A stretch of DNA of 64,000 nt from a candidate division WOR-3 bacterium (lineage in GTDB: Bacteria; Hydrothermota; Tepidihabitantia; SM23-42). Shown here one piece after another: positions 9,509 to 19,992 of this stretch. Below the pieces are notes generated by a model. That model was not told the origin of the DNA. It saw only the letters and a program-made list of their open reading frames with translations, and did not search any database. The DNA is taken from contig CP070834.1 in NCBI GenBank assembly GCA_020341755.1, forward strand, positions 1,749,141-1,813,140, in the 5' to 3' direction. The position numbers and the translations under genes are program-made. How positions within the stretch are numbered: the first letter of the stretch is position 1; every line of letters starts with the position of its first letter.

Positions 9509-10828
9509 CTAAATTTTGAGATATTTCTTTATCAGGTCTTCTAATTTCGGACCGGATTTTATCTGCAGTTCATAATCAACTTTTACTGCCGGTTTGTTGA
9601 GTTTCATGAACTTCCTGAGATCGACCGGTGTTGCCATGACGATCGTATCTGCCGGTGTGTTGTTGATGCTTTTTTCCAGTTGACGGACCTGGGTTTTGCC
9701 GTATCCGAGCGCCGGTATGACATTACCGAGATGCGGGTACTTCGTGTATGCCTTTTTGATGGTGCCGATCACATATGGCCGCGGATTGACAATCTTCCTT
9801 GCCCGGAATTTCTCGGCCGTAACCACACCGGCACCAAAGGACATTCCGCCGTGCGTAAGCGTGGGACCATCCTCAATAACGACCACCCGTTTATTTTTTA
9901 TCATCGCGGGTCGGTCAACATACGTGGGCGATGCTGCTTCGATTATCGTAGCGCGTTGGTTCATGTGTGCTATATTCTCACGCAGTGCCTTGACGTCTTT
10001 ACGCCTGGCAGTAACGACTTTATTGATGACAACAACATCGGCAAACCTGACATTTGCTTCACCGGGATGGAAGGTGCTTTCGTCACCGACACGGAAGGGA
10101 TCCGCGATGACGATGTGCAGGTCGGAATGGTAGAACGGCAGATCATTATTGCCACCATCCCATACCACGACATCAGAGATTTTCTCTGCCTGCTTCAGTA
10201 TTCTGCCATAGTCGACACCGGCAAAAACCGTGTTACCGCGCATTATGTGCGGTTCATACTCTTCTCTTTCTTCAATGGTACATTTGTGCTTATCCAGGTC
10301 TTTCATTTTCGAAAAACGCTGGACGATCTGTTTTTTAAGATCACCATACGGCATCGGGTGGCGTATCACGGAAAATTTCACGCCTTTTTCATGCAGAATG
10401 TCGCAAACCTTACGGGTCGTCTGGCTCTTACCAGCACCCGTTCTTACGGCGCAGATTGATATGACCTTGCGTTTTGATTTGATGATTGATGATTTCAATC
10501 CCAGCAGCCAGAAATCGGCACCCGCCGCGATGACCTCGGAGGCTTTATGCATAACATAGTTATGAGATATATCAGAATATGAAAATGCAACCACATTTAT
10601 TTTGTTTTTCTTGATAATGCTCGTCAGTTCCTTTTCGGGTCGTATGGGGATACCGCTGGGGTATAATCTCCCCGCTAATTCTTTTGGGTATTTGCGGTCC
10701 TCGATATTGGGTATCTGTGTCGCAGTAAAACAAATTACTTTGAATCTTCTGTTATTTCTGAAAAAAACGTTAAAATTATGGAAATCCCTTCCAGCCGCAC
10801 CCATGATGACAACACGTCGTGATTGCAT
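9509..10828 (-). CDS. P-loop protein, cyclic 2,3-diphosphoglycerate synthetase-like (CPGS family)
   Basis: The 439-aa ORF begins with the motif VVIMGAAGRDFHNFNVFF and has a Walker A motif AVRTGAGKSQTT near residue 125. Both are recalled as characteristic of the cpgS family. The assignment rests on memory of the family signature only. Confidence 0.45.
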   Translation of the reverse strand: MQSRRVVIMGAAGRDFHNFNVFFRNNRRFKVICFTATQIPNIEDRKYPKELAGRLYPSGIPIRPEKELTSIIKKNKINVVAFSYSDISHNYVMHKASEVIAAGADFWLLGLKSSIIKSKRKVISICAVRTGAGKSQTTRKVCDILHEKGVKFSVIRHPMPYGDLKKQIVQRFSKMKDLDKHKCTIEEREEYEPHIMRGNTVFAGVDYGRILKQAEKISDVVVWDGGNNDLPFYHSDLHIVIADPFRVGDESTFHPGEANVRFADVVVINKVVTARRKDVKALRENIAHMNQRATIIEAASPTYVDRPAMIKNKRVVVIEDGPTLTHGGMSFGAGVVTAEKFRARKIVNPRPYVIGTIKKAYTKYPHLGNVIPALGYGKTQVRQLEKSINNTPADTIVMATPVDLRKFMKLNKPAVKVDYELQIKSGPKLEDLIKKYLKI

Positions 10829-10949
10829 AAAAAAACCTCCTTTTCAACCCCTATTATATCTGAAAAATTGGTCGATGTCAATATAAGAATAGAAAAAAAC
10901 TTCGGAATTCACGGTTTACCGTTGATTGTTGTATATTGTCATATAGAGT

Positions 10950-11837
10950 ATGGGTATGACTGCGAAAGACCGATGGCAGGCCAGCCTGGAGCGCTGTGAA
11001 CGGATATGCAAGGAGGGGCTGTCAGCACGATCAAAGGAAGTTTTGAGACGGACTGTTCGATCATACTATCGGCATTACGGCAGAATCCTGCCGTGGCGAG
11101 AAACTACAGATCCATATAATATTCTCGTGTCAGAGATCATGCTGCAGCAAACACAGGTCGACCGGGTGATGGAGAAATATCATGCGTTCATACAGAGATA
11201 TCCCGATTTTTCGGCACTTAACCGGGCTTCCCTGCGTTCTGTGTTTCGGTTATGGCAAGGACTCGGTTATAACCGACGTGCACGCTGTCTGAAGATGATT
11301 GCCCGTCATGTCGAAAATGAGTGGCAAGGGCTAGTACCAGCAGATCAGGAGCGATTAAGTTGTCTGCCTGGTGTGGGCATGGCAACGGCTGGAGCCATCG
11401 CGGCATTTGCATTCAATAAACCGGTCGTGTTCATTGAAACCAATATTCGTACGGTTTTTCTACACTTTTTTTTCGCGGAGCGTGATAATGTACGGGATGT
11501 GGAGGTGATGCCTTTAATTGCCGCGACTCTGGACCGCAGGCATCCCCGTACGTGGTACTGGGCATTGATGGATCTGGGAGTAGAAATAAAACGGATATAT
11601 GGAAACCCATCCCGAAAAAGTGCCCATTATACGAAACAAAGCCGTTTCCAGGGATCGAACCGATACCTGCGCGGGCAGATAATCCGTTTGCTTACCAGGA
11701 CGCGCAAGTCCGTTCCAGAGCTAGTTCAGATGACCGGTAATGGAACAAGGAGGCTGCACAGCGTTCTGAAAGAACTGAAAAAAGAGCGGCTGGTGGAGCA
11801 GAAAGGTGCCTTCTATACCATAGCCACCGATGGTTAG
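10950..11837 (+). CDS. HhH-GPD superfamily DNA glycosylase (MutY/Nth-like), lacking the usual Fe-S cysteine cluster
   Basis: The motifs LVSEIMLQQTQVDRV and LPGVGMATAGAIAAFAF match the helix-hairpin-helix plus Gly/Pro loop with a catalytic Asp region. The ALMDLG segment is not followed by the CX6CX2CX5C cysteines. The C-terminal roughly 70 aa look like a winged-helix domain. Confidence 0.6.
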   Translation: MGMTAKDRWQASLERCERICKEGLSARSKEVLRRTVRSYYRHYGRILPWRETTDPYNILVSEIMLQQTQVDRVMEKYHAFIQRYPDFSALNRASLRSVFRLWQGLGYNRRARCLKMIARHVENEWQGLVPADQERLSCLPGVGMATAGAIAAFAFNKPVVFIETNIRTVFLHFFFAERDNVRDVEVMPLIAATLDRRHPRTWYWALMDLGVEIKRIYGNPSRKSAHYTKQSRFQGSNRYLRGQIIRLLTRTRKSVPELVQMTGNGTRRLHSVLKELKKERLVEQKGAFYTIATDG

Positions 11838-11913
11838 TCCCGCGGCATACTCTGCGAGAATGTAGCAAATTACTTGACATTATTTAACTTTTCCGTATAA
11901 TATGATGTCTAAA

Positions 11914-11987
11914 GGGCGAATAGCTCAGTTGGCGAGAGCGTCTGCCTTACAAGCAGAAGGTCACCCGTTCAAGTCGGGTTTCGCCCA
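11914..11987 (+). tRNA. tRNA-Val (anticodon TAC)
   Basis: The 74-nt sequence GGGCGAATAGCTCAGTTGGCGAGAGCGTCTGCCTTACAAGCAGAAGGTCACCCGTTCAAGTCGGGTTTCGCCCA folds as a cloverleaf. It has a 7-bp acceptor stem, D stem GCTC/GAGC, anticodon stem TCTGC/GCAGA with loop CTTACAA (anticodon TAC), and T stem ACCCG/CGGGT with loop TTCAAGT. Confidence 0.85.
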
Positions 11988-12029
11988 TGTCGGGGTATAT
12001 CCCCCCTGTATTAAAAATATAGAAGGAGA

Positions 12030-12542
12030 GTGGTTGTGCCGAAAGGTCAGAGGGGTATTAGAGGAGGACTGAAACCCCATCTTGATGATCCCTATCTAAC
12101 CAGAAAAAGCCCAAAAGAGCCGGCCGTCTGTCCACGCTGCGGATTGGTATACAGACGGAGGCGGTGGGAATACAACCCGGATTTTCAGCCCCGGGGAAAA
12201 GTCGGCAAGCAGAAATGCCCGGCCTGTCGCAAGATAGAGGATCATTATGTTATGGGTATCGTGTTGATCCGTGGCGGATTTTTTGCCCAGCGACGAGATG
12301 AAATCCTCAATATGATGCGCAATGAGGAAAAAAAAGAGTTACTCCACAATCCCCTGGATCGTATCATGACGATTGAAGAACATGATGATTGGGCACAGGT
12401 AGAGACAACCTCTGAGAATTTGGCAGTCCACTTAGGTCGTATGCTCTACCACTCGTATGGTGGTAGTGTCGAGTATAAATTTTCTGATGATCAGAAGTTA
12501 GCAAGGGTAATTTGGTTGAGAAACAAGAAGGAGGCAAAATAA
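12030..12542 (+). CDS. zinc-ribbon hypothetical protein, first gene of the groES-groEL transcription unit
   Basis: The 170-aa ORF starts at a GTG preceded by AGGAGAG. It has CPRC...CPAC (two CxxC pairs) in the N-terminal half. Its stop overlaps the groES start as TAATG. Confidence 0.45.
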   Translation: MVVPKGQRGIRGGLKPHLDDPYLTRKSPKEPAVCPRCGLVYRRRRWEYNPDFQPRGKVGKQKCPACRKIEDHYVMGIVLIRGGFFAQRRDEILNMMRNEEKKELLHNPLDRIMTIEEHDDWAQVETTSENLAVHLGRMLYHSYGGSVEYKFSDDQKLARVIWLRNKKEAK

Positions 12543-12835
12543 TGAAGATAAAACCACTTCATGATCATATTCTTGTGGAACGTGTTGAGGAAGAGATGAA
12601 GAAAGGCGGTATTATAATACCAGATACGGCAAAAGAAAAACCTCAACAGGGAAAAGTGATTGCCGTGGGAGATGGACGCAGGGATGAAAAGGGTAACAAG
12701 ATACCACTCGATGTGAAAAAAGGGAATATCATCCTGTTCGGTAAATATGCCGGCACAGAGATTAAGCTCATGGATAAGGACTATCTGATCATTCGTGAGG
12801 ATGATGTATTGGGCATCGTCGAAAAAGAAAAATAG
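12542..12835 (+). CDS. groES: co-chaperonin GroES
   Basis: The 97-aa [21 protein letters not shown]...[27 protein letters not shown] is a canonical Cpn10. The ORF track begins 30 nt earlier, but the internal ATG aligns with the GroES N-terminus. Confidence 0.9.
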   Translation: MKIKPLHDHILVERVEEEMKKGGIIIPDTAKEKPQQGKVIAVGDGRRDEKGNKIPLDVKKGNIILFGKYAGTEIKLMDKDYLIIREDDVLGIVEKEK

Positions 12836-14479
<1,644 letters not shown>

Positions 14480-14489
14480 TACGTCATGC

Positions 14490-14525
14490 AGGGGCTGGAG
14501 CCACTATGGCTCCAGCCCTTTGCAC
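14490..14525 (+). terminator. hairpin directly downstream of groEL (intrinsic terminator-like)
   Basis: GGGGCTGGAGCC-acta-GGCTCCAGCCC forms an 11-bp perfect GC-rich stem. It starts 10 nt after the groEL stop and is followed by TTTG. The U-tract is weak. Confidence 0.5.
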
Positions 14526-14539
14526 AACCACTCATTACC

Positions 14540-14830
14540 ATGCCGACATACGAATATGAATGTGTAAAGTGCAGTTATACATTTGAGGAATTCCAGAAGA
14601 TCACTGATAGACCTTTGACCAGTTGCCCCAAGTGCAAAGGCAAACTGCGACGGCTCATAACCGGTGGTGCTGGTATCATCTTCAAGGGAAGCGGTTTCTA
14701 TGTAACCGATTATAAAAAATCACATCTTCCTCAGAAGCATGAGGAGAAGAAAAAAGACCTGACCGAGTCACAAAAGCCCCCAAAACCTCCGGCAGAAACA
14801 CCAAAGAAAAACGATAGCAAACCAGCCTGA
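14540..14830 (+). CDS. FmdB-family zinc-ribbon protein
   Basis: The ORF starts MPTYEYECVKCSYTFEEFQKITDRPLTSCPKCKGKLRRLITGGAGIIFKGSGFYVTDY, with the CxxC...CxxC arrangement typical of the FmdB putative regulatory protein family. The C-terminal tail is basic and Pro-rich. The true start is taken as the internal ATG of the 14486 ORF. Confidence 0.6.
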   Translation: MPTYEYECVKCSYTFEEFQKITDRPLTSCPKCKGKLRRLITGGAGIIFKGSGFYVTDYKKSHLPQKHEEKKKDLTESQKPPKPPAETPKKNDSKPA

Positions 14831-14917
14831 AAAAGCGCATAGATACTCGGCATGGGATTGAAATAGGCGCTTTTTAGGTGTTGATTATAATGGGTAAGTA
14901 TTGTACAATCACCTGTC

Positions 14918-15130
14918 ATGTATATGGTGGCACGTTTTTTCATTGTACTCGGTGTTCTGTTCATCGCTCTGGGTATTGTTGTATATCTGTTACCCGGACT
15001 CGCTAATTTCCACCTCCCCGGTGATATTGTCATAAGACGTAATAATGCTGTCTTTTACTTTCCAATCATAACCAGCCTCGTCCTGTCGGTTCTGCTTACC
15101 ATCCTGCTGAATATCCTCGGCAGAAAATAG
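14918..15130 (+). CDS. DUF2905-family small membrane protein
   Basis: The 70-aa ORF has two hydrophobic helices around LPGDIVIRRNNAVFYFPIITS. This matches what I recall as the DUF2905 signature (LPGDI...FYFPITTS). Confidence 0.6.
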   Translation: MYMVARFFIVLGVLFIALGIVVYLLPGLANFHLPGDIVIRRNNAVFYFPIITSLVLSVLLTILLNILGRK

Positions 15131-15136
15131 GGATAG

Positions 15137-16195
15137 ATGAGAGCACAGGATTTTCTCGGCGAACTGGGGCACAAGATGCGCCAACCACTTTTTTTCTGCG
15201 CAGGTGAACCGTCCGGCGACATGTATGCCGCATTACTCGCCGGGCATATACGAAGCATTCATCCGCATGCCAGGATGTTCGGCGTGGGCGGTCGACAAAT
15301 GCAGGAGGCAGGGATCACAATCGTGAAACCGTATCACGACATGCAGGTATTCGGATTCGCATCAGCACTCGTGTCTGTATGTGCATCCCTTCGCACCTAT
15401 CACGAGATTGTACAGTTACTCAAGACCATACGACCCCGGATCTTCATCCCGGTAGCGTATCCGGGGATGAACCTCCTTGTATGCCGTTATGCAAAGAAAC
15501 TTGGAGCAGAAGTTTACTATTTCATACCGCCACAGATCTGGGCATGGGGCATGTTCAGAAAGCATTTCCTGCGGGCATGGGTGGATACGGTGATCAGTAT
15601 CTTACCGTTCGAGCACCGATTGTACTCAAGGTTGGGTGTAAACACCGTGCTGATACAAAACCCGCTCGAGAGAACATTGCGAGCATACCGTCGGACCAAT
15701 AGGAAACCATGCATCGGGTTCATGCCGGGTTCGCGCGTGCGCGATGCACGACGGCAGCTTCCTATGATGAGCCGTGTAGCCGCCCGGGTGCTGGGTTCCC
15801 GACCAGATATGCGGTGTGTTTTCATAATCCCAGAGAAGAACGGATCATTGCACCGGGCAGTACGGGAGACGACCGACATGCTGAACCGGCAGGTCGAAGA
15901 GGAAAGGACTGCGATAGAAACAGAAGACCGTTATGCGGTCATGAAGAACTGTGACCTGCTCATTGTATCATCGGGTACAGCATCGCTCGAAGCATTTCTC
16001 ATGCATGTTCCACAGATATTCGTACACAAACCTTCTTTTATTGATCATTATTTCCTCAAACCTTTTCTGAGGATAAAGGAATTCAATCTGGTGAATCTAC
16101 TCCACGAAGAAGGAAAAGTTCCCGCATGCGTACACCGAGATAGTGATGTGCTGGTGCAGTTCATACAGCAGAATCTGCATCGTTATTTCGATTGA
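15137..16195 (+). CDS. lpxB: lipid-A-disaccharide synthase
   Basis: The 352-aa ORF has the N-terminal FFCAGEPSGDMYAALLAGHIRSIHPHARMFGVGG, a GT19-type (A/G)GExSGD motif. Length and overall pattern fit LpxB. Confidence 0.7.
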   Translation: MRAQDFLGELGHKMRQPLFFCAGEPSGDMYAALLAGHIRSIHPHARMFGVGGRQMQEAGITIVKPYHDMQVFGFASALVSVCASLRTYHEIVQLLKTIRPRIFIPVAYPGMNLLVCRYAKKLGAEVYYFIPPQIWAWGMFRKHFLRAWVDTVISILPFEHRLYSRLGVNTVLIQNPLERTLRAYRRTNRKPCIGFMPGSRVRDARRQLPMMSRVAARVLGSRPDMRCVFIIPEKNGSLHRAVRETTDMLNRQVEEERTAIETEDRYAVMKNCDLLIVSSGTASLEAFLMHVPQIFVHKPSFIDHYFLKPFLRIKEFNLVNLLHEEGKVPACVHRDSDVLVQFIQQNLHRYFD

Positions 16196-16225
16196 CGCTG
16201 GTTATTATCCTGTGTATAATCGTTC

Positions 16226-17074
16226 GTGGATATGACAAACCTGGTAACCAGCCCATATGGTCTTGGTGAATCATTGATCGCTTCGCTGCTCGAGGAAGGG
16301 GAATCTGTTTACACGATCTTCCCGTCACCAAAGAACGTCCCTATGTCGTATCTCGGCAAGCCGAGCCTGAAATACGGATTCATCCGTTTTGACCAGGATG
16401 ACAGGGTCGAGAAGGCTCTGCCCAGGAAAGTGGTGAACATTTTTCACATATATGACCTGTTCACAGGTCCTTTTACCCGGGTATTTCGAGCGAATGTGAC
16501 TGCTACCCTGTCACTGCTCGACTGGGCGCGGACCATAAAGGTGCAGCAATTTATTTTTATCTCGAGCGGTGATGTCTACGGCGATGGTTCAGATATACTC
16601 GAAGATGCCGAGTTTCGCCCCCGCAGTTTCTATGGCACCACCAAAAGCCAGGCAGAGACGCTCTTGAAGTATTATGCTAAATTCTTTGATGTCAAGGTGG
16701 TGAGGGTCTTTTTCCCTTTTGGTAAGAATTACTCGGACGGGTATGTTTTCGGTATTTATGATGCGGTCAGACGTGGTGAAAGTGTCGATACCGAATACCA
16801 TATGATCAGCCCGTCGTATGCATGCGACCTTTCCGGTCCCCTGCTGCAATTGGCGCGCGTAAAGGGTCATCAAAAAGTGAATGCATGCGGTGCACCAATA
16901 GCGGTTGAAGGGTTCATCGAAATGCTGAAGAGCGTGAGTTCTGGCCAGCCCAAGACGATCAACACAGGGTCGGTGCGATTGACCGGCAGTAATGAAAAAG
17001 CAAAGGAACTTCTTAATTACCGCGAAACACCACTCAAGGAAGCACTAATGCAGAGCTTCGGAGACCGCACGTAA
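16226..17074 (+). CDS. NAD-dependent epimerase/dehydratase-family protein with degenerate nucleotide-binding motif
   Basis: The 282-aa ORF has an SDR catalytic YGTTK (YxxxK) motif and an extended-SDR-like layout. The N-terminal glycine motif is degenerate (VTSPYGLGESL instead of TGGAGFIG). Confidence 0.45.
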   Translation: MDMTNLVTSPYGLGESLIASLLEEGESVYTIFPSPKNVPMSYLGKPSLKYGFIRFDQDDRVEKALPRKVVNIFHIYDLFTGPFTRVFRANVTATLSLLDWARTIKVQQFIFISSGDVYGDGSDILEDAEFRPRSFYGTTKSQAETLLKYYAKFFDVKVVRVFFPFGKNYSDGYVFGIYDAVRRGESVDTEYHMISPSYACDLSGPLLQLARVKGHQKVNACGAPIAVEGFIEMLKSVSSGQPKTINTGSVRLTGSNEKAKELLNYRETPLKEALMQSFGDRT

Positions 17075-17143
17075 GTTCTGCCATTGTCCGAGTGACACCA
17101 TCGATATGAGGGATATTTTGGCAGCACCACGCGGCAGGGAATC

Positions 17144-18205
17144 GTGAAGATACTCCACGTCGCCATAGAGAATTTCCAGGATGTGCCCGGACTGCTCTGC
17201 CGCAGCCACGGTGTGTTCGGTGATGACAGTACGCTCGTAACCCTGGCCCGGTCACGGCTGGGTTTTCCCAACGGCATTCCGCTTGATTACCCCTTATTCA
17301 ATGAACCATCGATCCGGATCCTGCGCAGGATCGCTGGTCGGGAAAATGTAAATGTACTCGTGGAAGAACTGCAGCTCAAGATCCGCGGAGAGAACAGGGT
17401 GGCGCGAGGATATTATAGAATGCGGGATGTAGTGTGGCTAACCCGATTATATCCATTGTGGCGCAGGTACGGATTAGGTGATTTTGATGTATATCACTTT
17501 GATGGTGACCTTCCTTTTATCTTTGGAGACCGGATGCTCCGTCGTCTTAAACACAAAAAGATCGTGACGCATTTTTTTGGGTCGGAGCTGCGGAAATGGG
17601 GTATGAATCCGTTTCTGCGTGAATATGCACAACTGCGGATCACATCGGAACTCGATCATACGAAGATCGATCCTGAATTAGTCTTCATTCCCATACCCTA
17701 TGATGCGACCGCTATTACCCCCCGTTACAAAGAGAATTCGGTACTCAGGGTTGGCCACTCGCCGACGCGCAGGACCGCCAAAGGTACGGCTGATATTATC
17801 ACGGCAGTCCAGGAACTCAAAAAGGAGATCGACTTCGAATTCCTGCTCATCGAAGGGGTCAGCCACGCGAAATGCATGGATTTGAAGCGCTCCTGTGATA
17901 TCGGGATCGACCAGATCGGGAATTATGCGGGAACCGGTTATGGCAGAAGTGGATTGGAGTTTCTTGCGCTCGGTATTCCGACGATTACGGAGATCCCGGA
18001 CGAGTACGAACCGCTCCTGCCCGGGCATCCGTTCGTCAAAGCGACGATAGGGAATTTCAAAGACATATTGTACCGGCTGTTGCGTGACAAAGCATTACGG
18101 CAGAAAAAACGGAAACGCGGGATAGCGTGGGTGCGCACCTTTCCACACCCCTACAGGATCATATCACGAGTTTACGAAGAATACAAGAAACTGGGCTGGA
18201 TATAA
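17144..18205 (+). CDS. glycosyltransferase-like protein (GT4/GT1 C-terminal-like)
   Basis: The 353-aa ORF starts at a GTG. The segment ...GYGRSGLEFLALGIPTIT... resembles the GT-B C-terminal donor-binding region (EGFGLxxLEAMAxGxPVI). The N-terminal half is not recognisable. Confidence 0.35.
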   Translation: MKILHVAIENFQDVPGLLCRSHGVFGDDSTLVTLARSRLGFPNGIPLDYPLFNEPSIRILRRIAGRENVNVLVEELQLKIRGENRVARGYYRMRDVVWLTRLYPLWRRYGLGDFDVYHFDGDLPFIFGDRMLRRLKHKKIVTHFFGSELRKWGMNPFLREYAQLRITSELDHTKIDPELVFIPIPYDATAITPRYKENSVLRVGHSPTRRTAKGTADIITAVQELKKEIDFEFLLIEGVSHAKCMDLKRSCDIGIDQIGNYAGTGYGRSGLEFLALGIPTITEIPDEYEPLLPGHPFVKATIGNFKDILYRLLRDKALRQKKRKRGIAWVRTFPHPYRIISRVYEEYKKLGWI

Positions 18206-18214
18206 GAATTCGGT

Positions 18215-19747
18215 TTACGGGGATAAGTCGTACAGGTATGCCGCAGCGCCGGGTTCCAGTTTCATGTCAATACGTTCACCCATGGTATTGAGATATGAGA
18301 TAAACAGCTGTTCTTCATCGGCGCCGAAGGCAGTGGCGACATGCGAAAAAAGGATCCAGACACGTTTTTTACCCTGTAAACCCTGAAGTTCATTATTGTA
18401 GCCTGACCAATCATCCCGTGATTCAGCTCCGACAATATGATCACCCGTATACCCGATTCGTCCCTGGTAATACCGGAACGCATTGTAGGCACCGTAATAT
18501 ACATAGAGCACATCGCCATCCTGATACTGACTGACGACGTACTCGAGCGCGGGCCGGAGTTCCTCCGGCGCGCGCGGTTGGATCAGCCGGTAGCCTGCGT
18601 TCGCAACCGGGTAGGCGATCAAAAGCAAGACCACTACCGCACCGAGGAGGCGTGAAGTATTTGCGATCGCCTTTGCGAGGTATACGATGCCCAAAGCAAG
18701 CGGCAGGAGCATGAGCGGCGTCAAAAAGAGCAGGAGCCGACCCTCGAAAGGATAGAGTTGCAGTCCCGAGGCGAAAAAGGTAAATATGAGCGTGAACATG
18801 ACCACGCCCAGCACGGCCCGGCACTTTCGGAACTGGACAACACACCCGGTGAAAAAGCTGATGACCGCAAGGATGAGTCCGTACTCCCACAACCCGAGCG
18901 GGAACTTGAACATGCGCAGGAACACATATCCATACCACGCGATATCTGAGAGACTCCGGGGAGGCAGGGGAGCAAATGCATGTTGCCAGAACGTAAGCAG
19001 TTCTGGACTGGTGCTTGAACTCCTGAGTACGGCGAGGTATTGAACCAGAAAACTTGTCAGGGCGGCAAGGCACGCAATGCTCAGCCACCAGAACATGCGG
19101 TACTTTTTCGTGTGCAGGATCCAGAGCACGCTCACCAGTATACAGGCAGTAAACACAAAGACCGCTGGGTAGGAGAACCAGAAACCGACCGCACCAATCA
19201 CTCCCAGGAGAAGAACGTAACGCGGCTGTAGTTTATTTTGTAATACCCATAAACACGAAAGTATGATAAGGAGACCGACCATGACATCGCCTGAATACGG
19301 TTTTACCTCGGATGCAAAATATATGAGATGGTCGCCCACGGAAAAGAGCAGCAGTGCAACCGGGATCGCTGAACGCTCCAGGGTCTTTTTTACTACCTGC
19401 CAGAACAGAACTAACGCCAGTATCCCGGCAATAAGGGGGAACAGGCGCAGTGCCATTTCTCCGGTACCCAGCATAGTGCTCGCAAATTTTTCTGAGATGA
19501 GGAATCCAATCGGTGCCGCCTGGACATAACCGAGCGGTTGAAGAAGTCCCGCGTATGATCGCTCGAGTATATTCAGCGCAAGCGGTGCCTCGCCTTCGGT
19601 CAGGGAACGATTGAACAGAAATTGTGCAATCCTCAGCACGATGCCGAGTACGATGATGCTGCTGATCCCAGTTCGAGAGCTCATAATCCTGATACCATGA
19701 TCAAGATATCGATCAAAAGTCCATTTCAAGGTTTTTTTGCGCTCCAT
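18215..19747 (-). CDS. polytopic membrane glycosyltransferase, GT-C type (ArnT/PMT family 39/83-like)
   Basis: The 510-aa ORF has roughly 11 predicted TM helices followed by a roughly 130-aa soluble C-terminal domain. This architecture is typical of undecaprenyl-phosphate-dependent GT-C transferases. It is convergent with the lpxB block. Confidence 0.4.
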   Translation of the reverse strand: MERKKTLKWTFDRYLDHGIRIMSSRTGISSIIVLGIVLRIAQFLFNRSLTEGEAPLALNILERSYAGLLQPLGYVQAAPIGFLISEKFASTMLGTGEMALRLFPLIAGILALVLFWQVVKKTLERSAIPVALLLFSVGDHLIYFASEVKPYSGDVMVGLLIILSCLWVLQNKLQPRYVLLLGVIGAVGFWFSYPAVFVFTACILVSVLWILHTKKYRMFWWLSIACLAALTSFLVQYLAVLRSSSTSPELLTFWQHAFAPLPPRSLSDIAWYGYVFLRMFKFPLGLWEYGLILAVISFFTGCVVQFRKCRAVLGVVMFTLIFTFFASGLQLYPFEGRLLLFLTPLMLLPLALGIVYLAKAIANTSRLLGAVVVLLLIAYPVANAGYRLIQPRAPEELRPALEYVVSQYQDGDVLYVYYGAYNAFRYYQGRIGYTGDHIVGAESRDDWSGYNNELQGLQGKKRVWILFSHVATAFGADEEQLFISYLNTMGERIDMKLEPGAAAYLYDLSP

Positions 19748-19829
19748 GGGTCAATTATAACCCCGCCATGATTGTAGTCAATATCGTCGCAGGCCAAAGG
19801 CTACCAACAGGCATACCCTGTCTCTGCCC

Positions 19830-19857
19830 TTGACACACTTGGATATATCGGTATAAT
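19830..19857 (+). promoter_or_regulatory. sigma70-like promoter (TTGACA-16-TATAAT)
   Basis: A consensus TTGACA and TATAAT are separated by 16 nt in the divergent intergenic region, roughly 135 nt upstream of ispA. Confidence 0.45.
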
Positions 19858-19948
19858 TTTTTGTGATAACGGAGGTATATAACGACCCATTAGATGTTTG
19901 ATGCCCCATAACGATAAATCATCTTCTTTTTCCGAGAGTAACCCTGTA

Positions 19949-19976
19949 TTGACAGAGATTGATTTTAGGTTAAAAT
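19949..19976 (+). promoter_or_regulatory. second sigma70-like promoter (TTGACA-16-TAAAAT) proximal to ispA
   Basis: TTGACA, a 16-nt spacer, then TAAAAT. The -10 element ends 16 nt before the ispA ATG, which would give a very short leader. Confidence 0.4.
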
Positions 19977-19992
19977 GTGATTTAACTCATTT

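Noticed and set aside
12400-12545. CIRCE/HrcA operator upstream of groES.
   Set aside because: No TTAGCACTC-N9-GAGTGCTAA-like inverted repeat is visible by eye. The region is coding (the zinc-ribbon gene).
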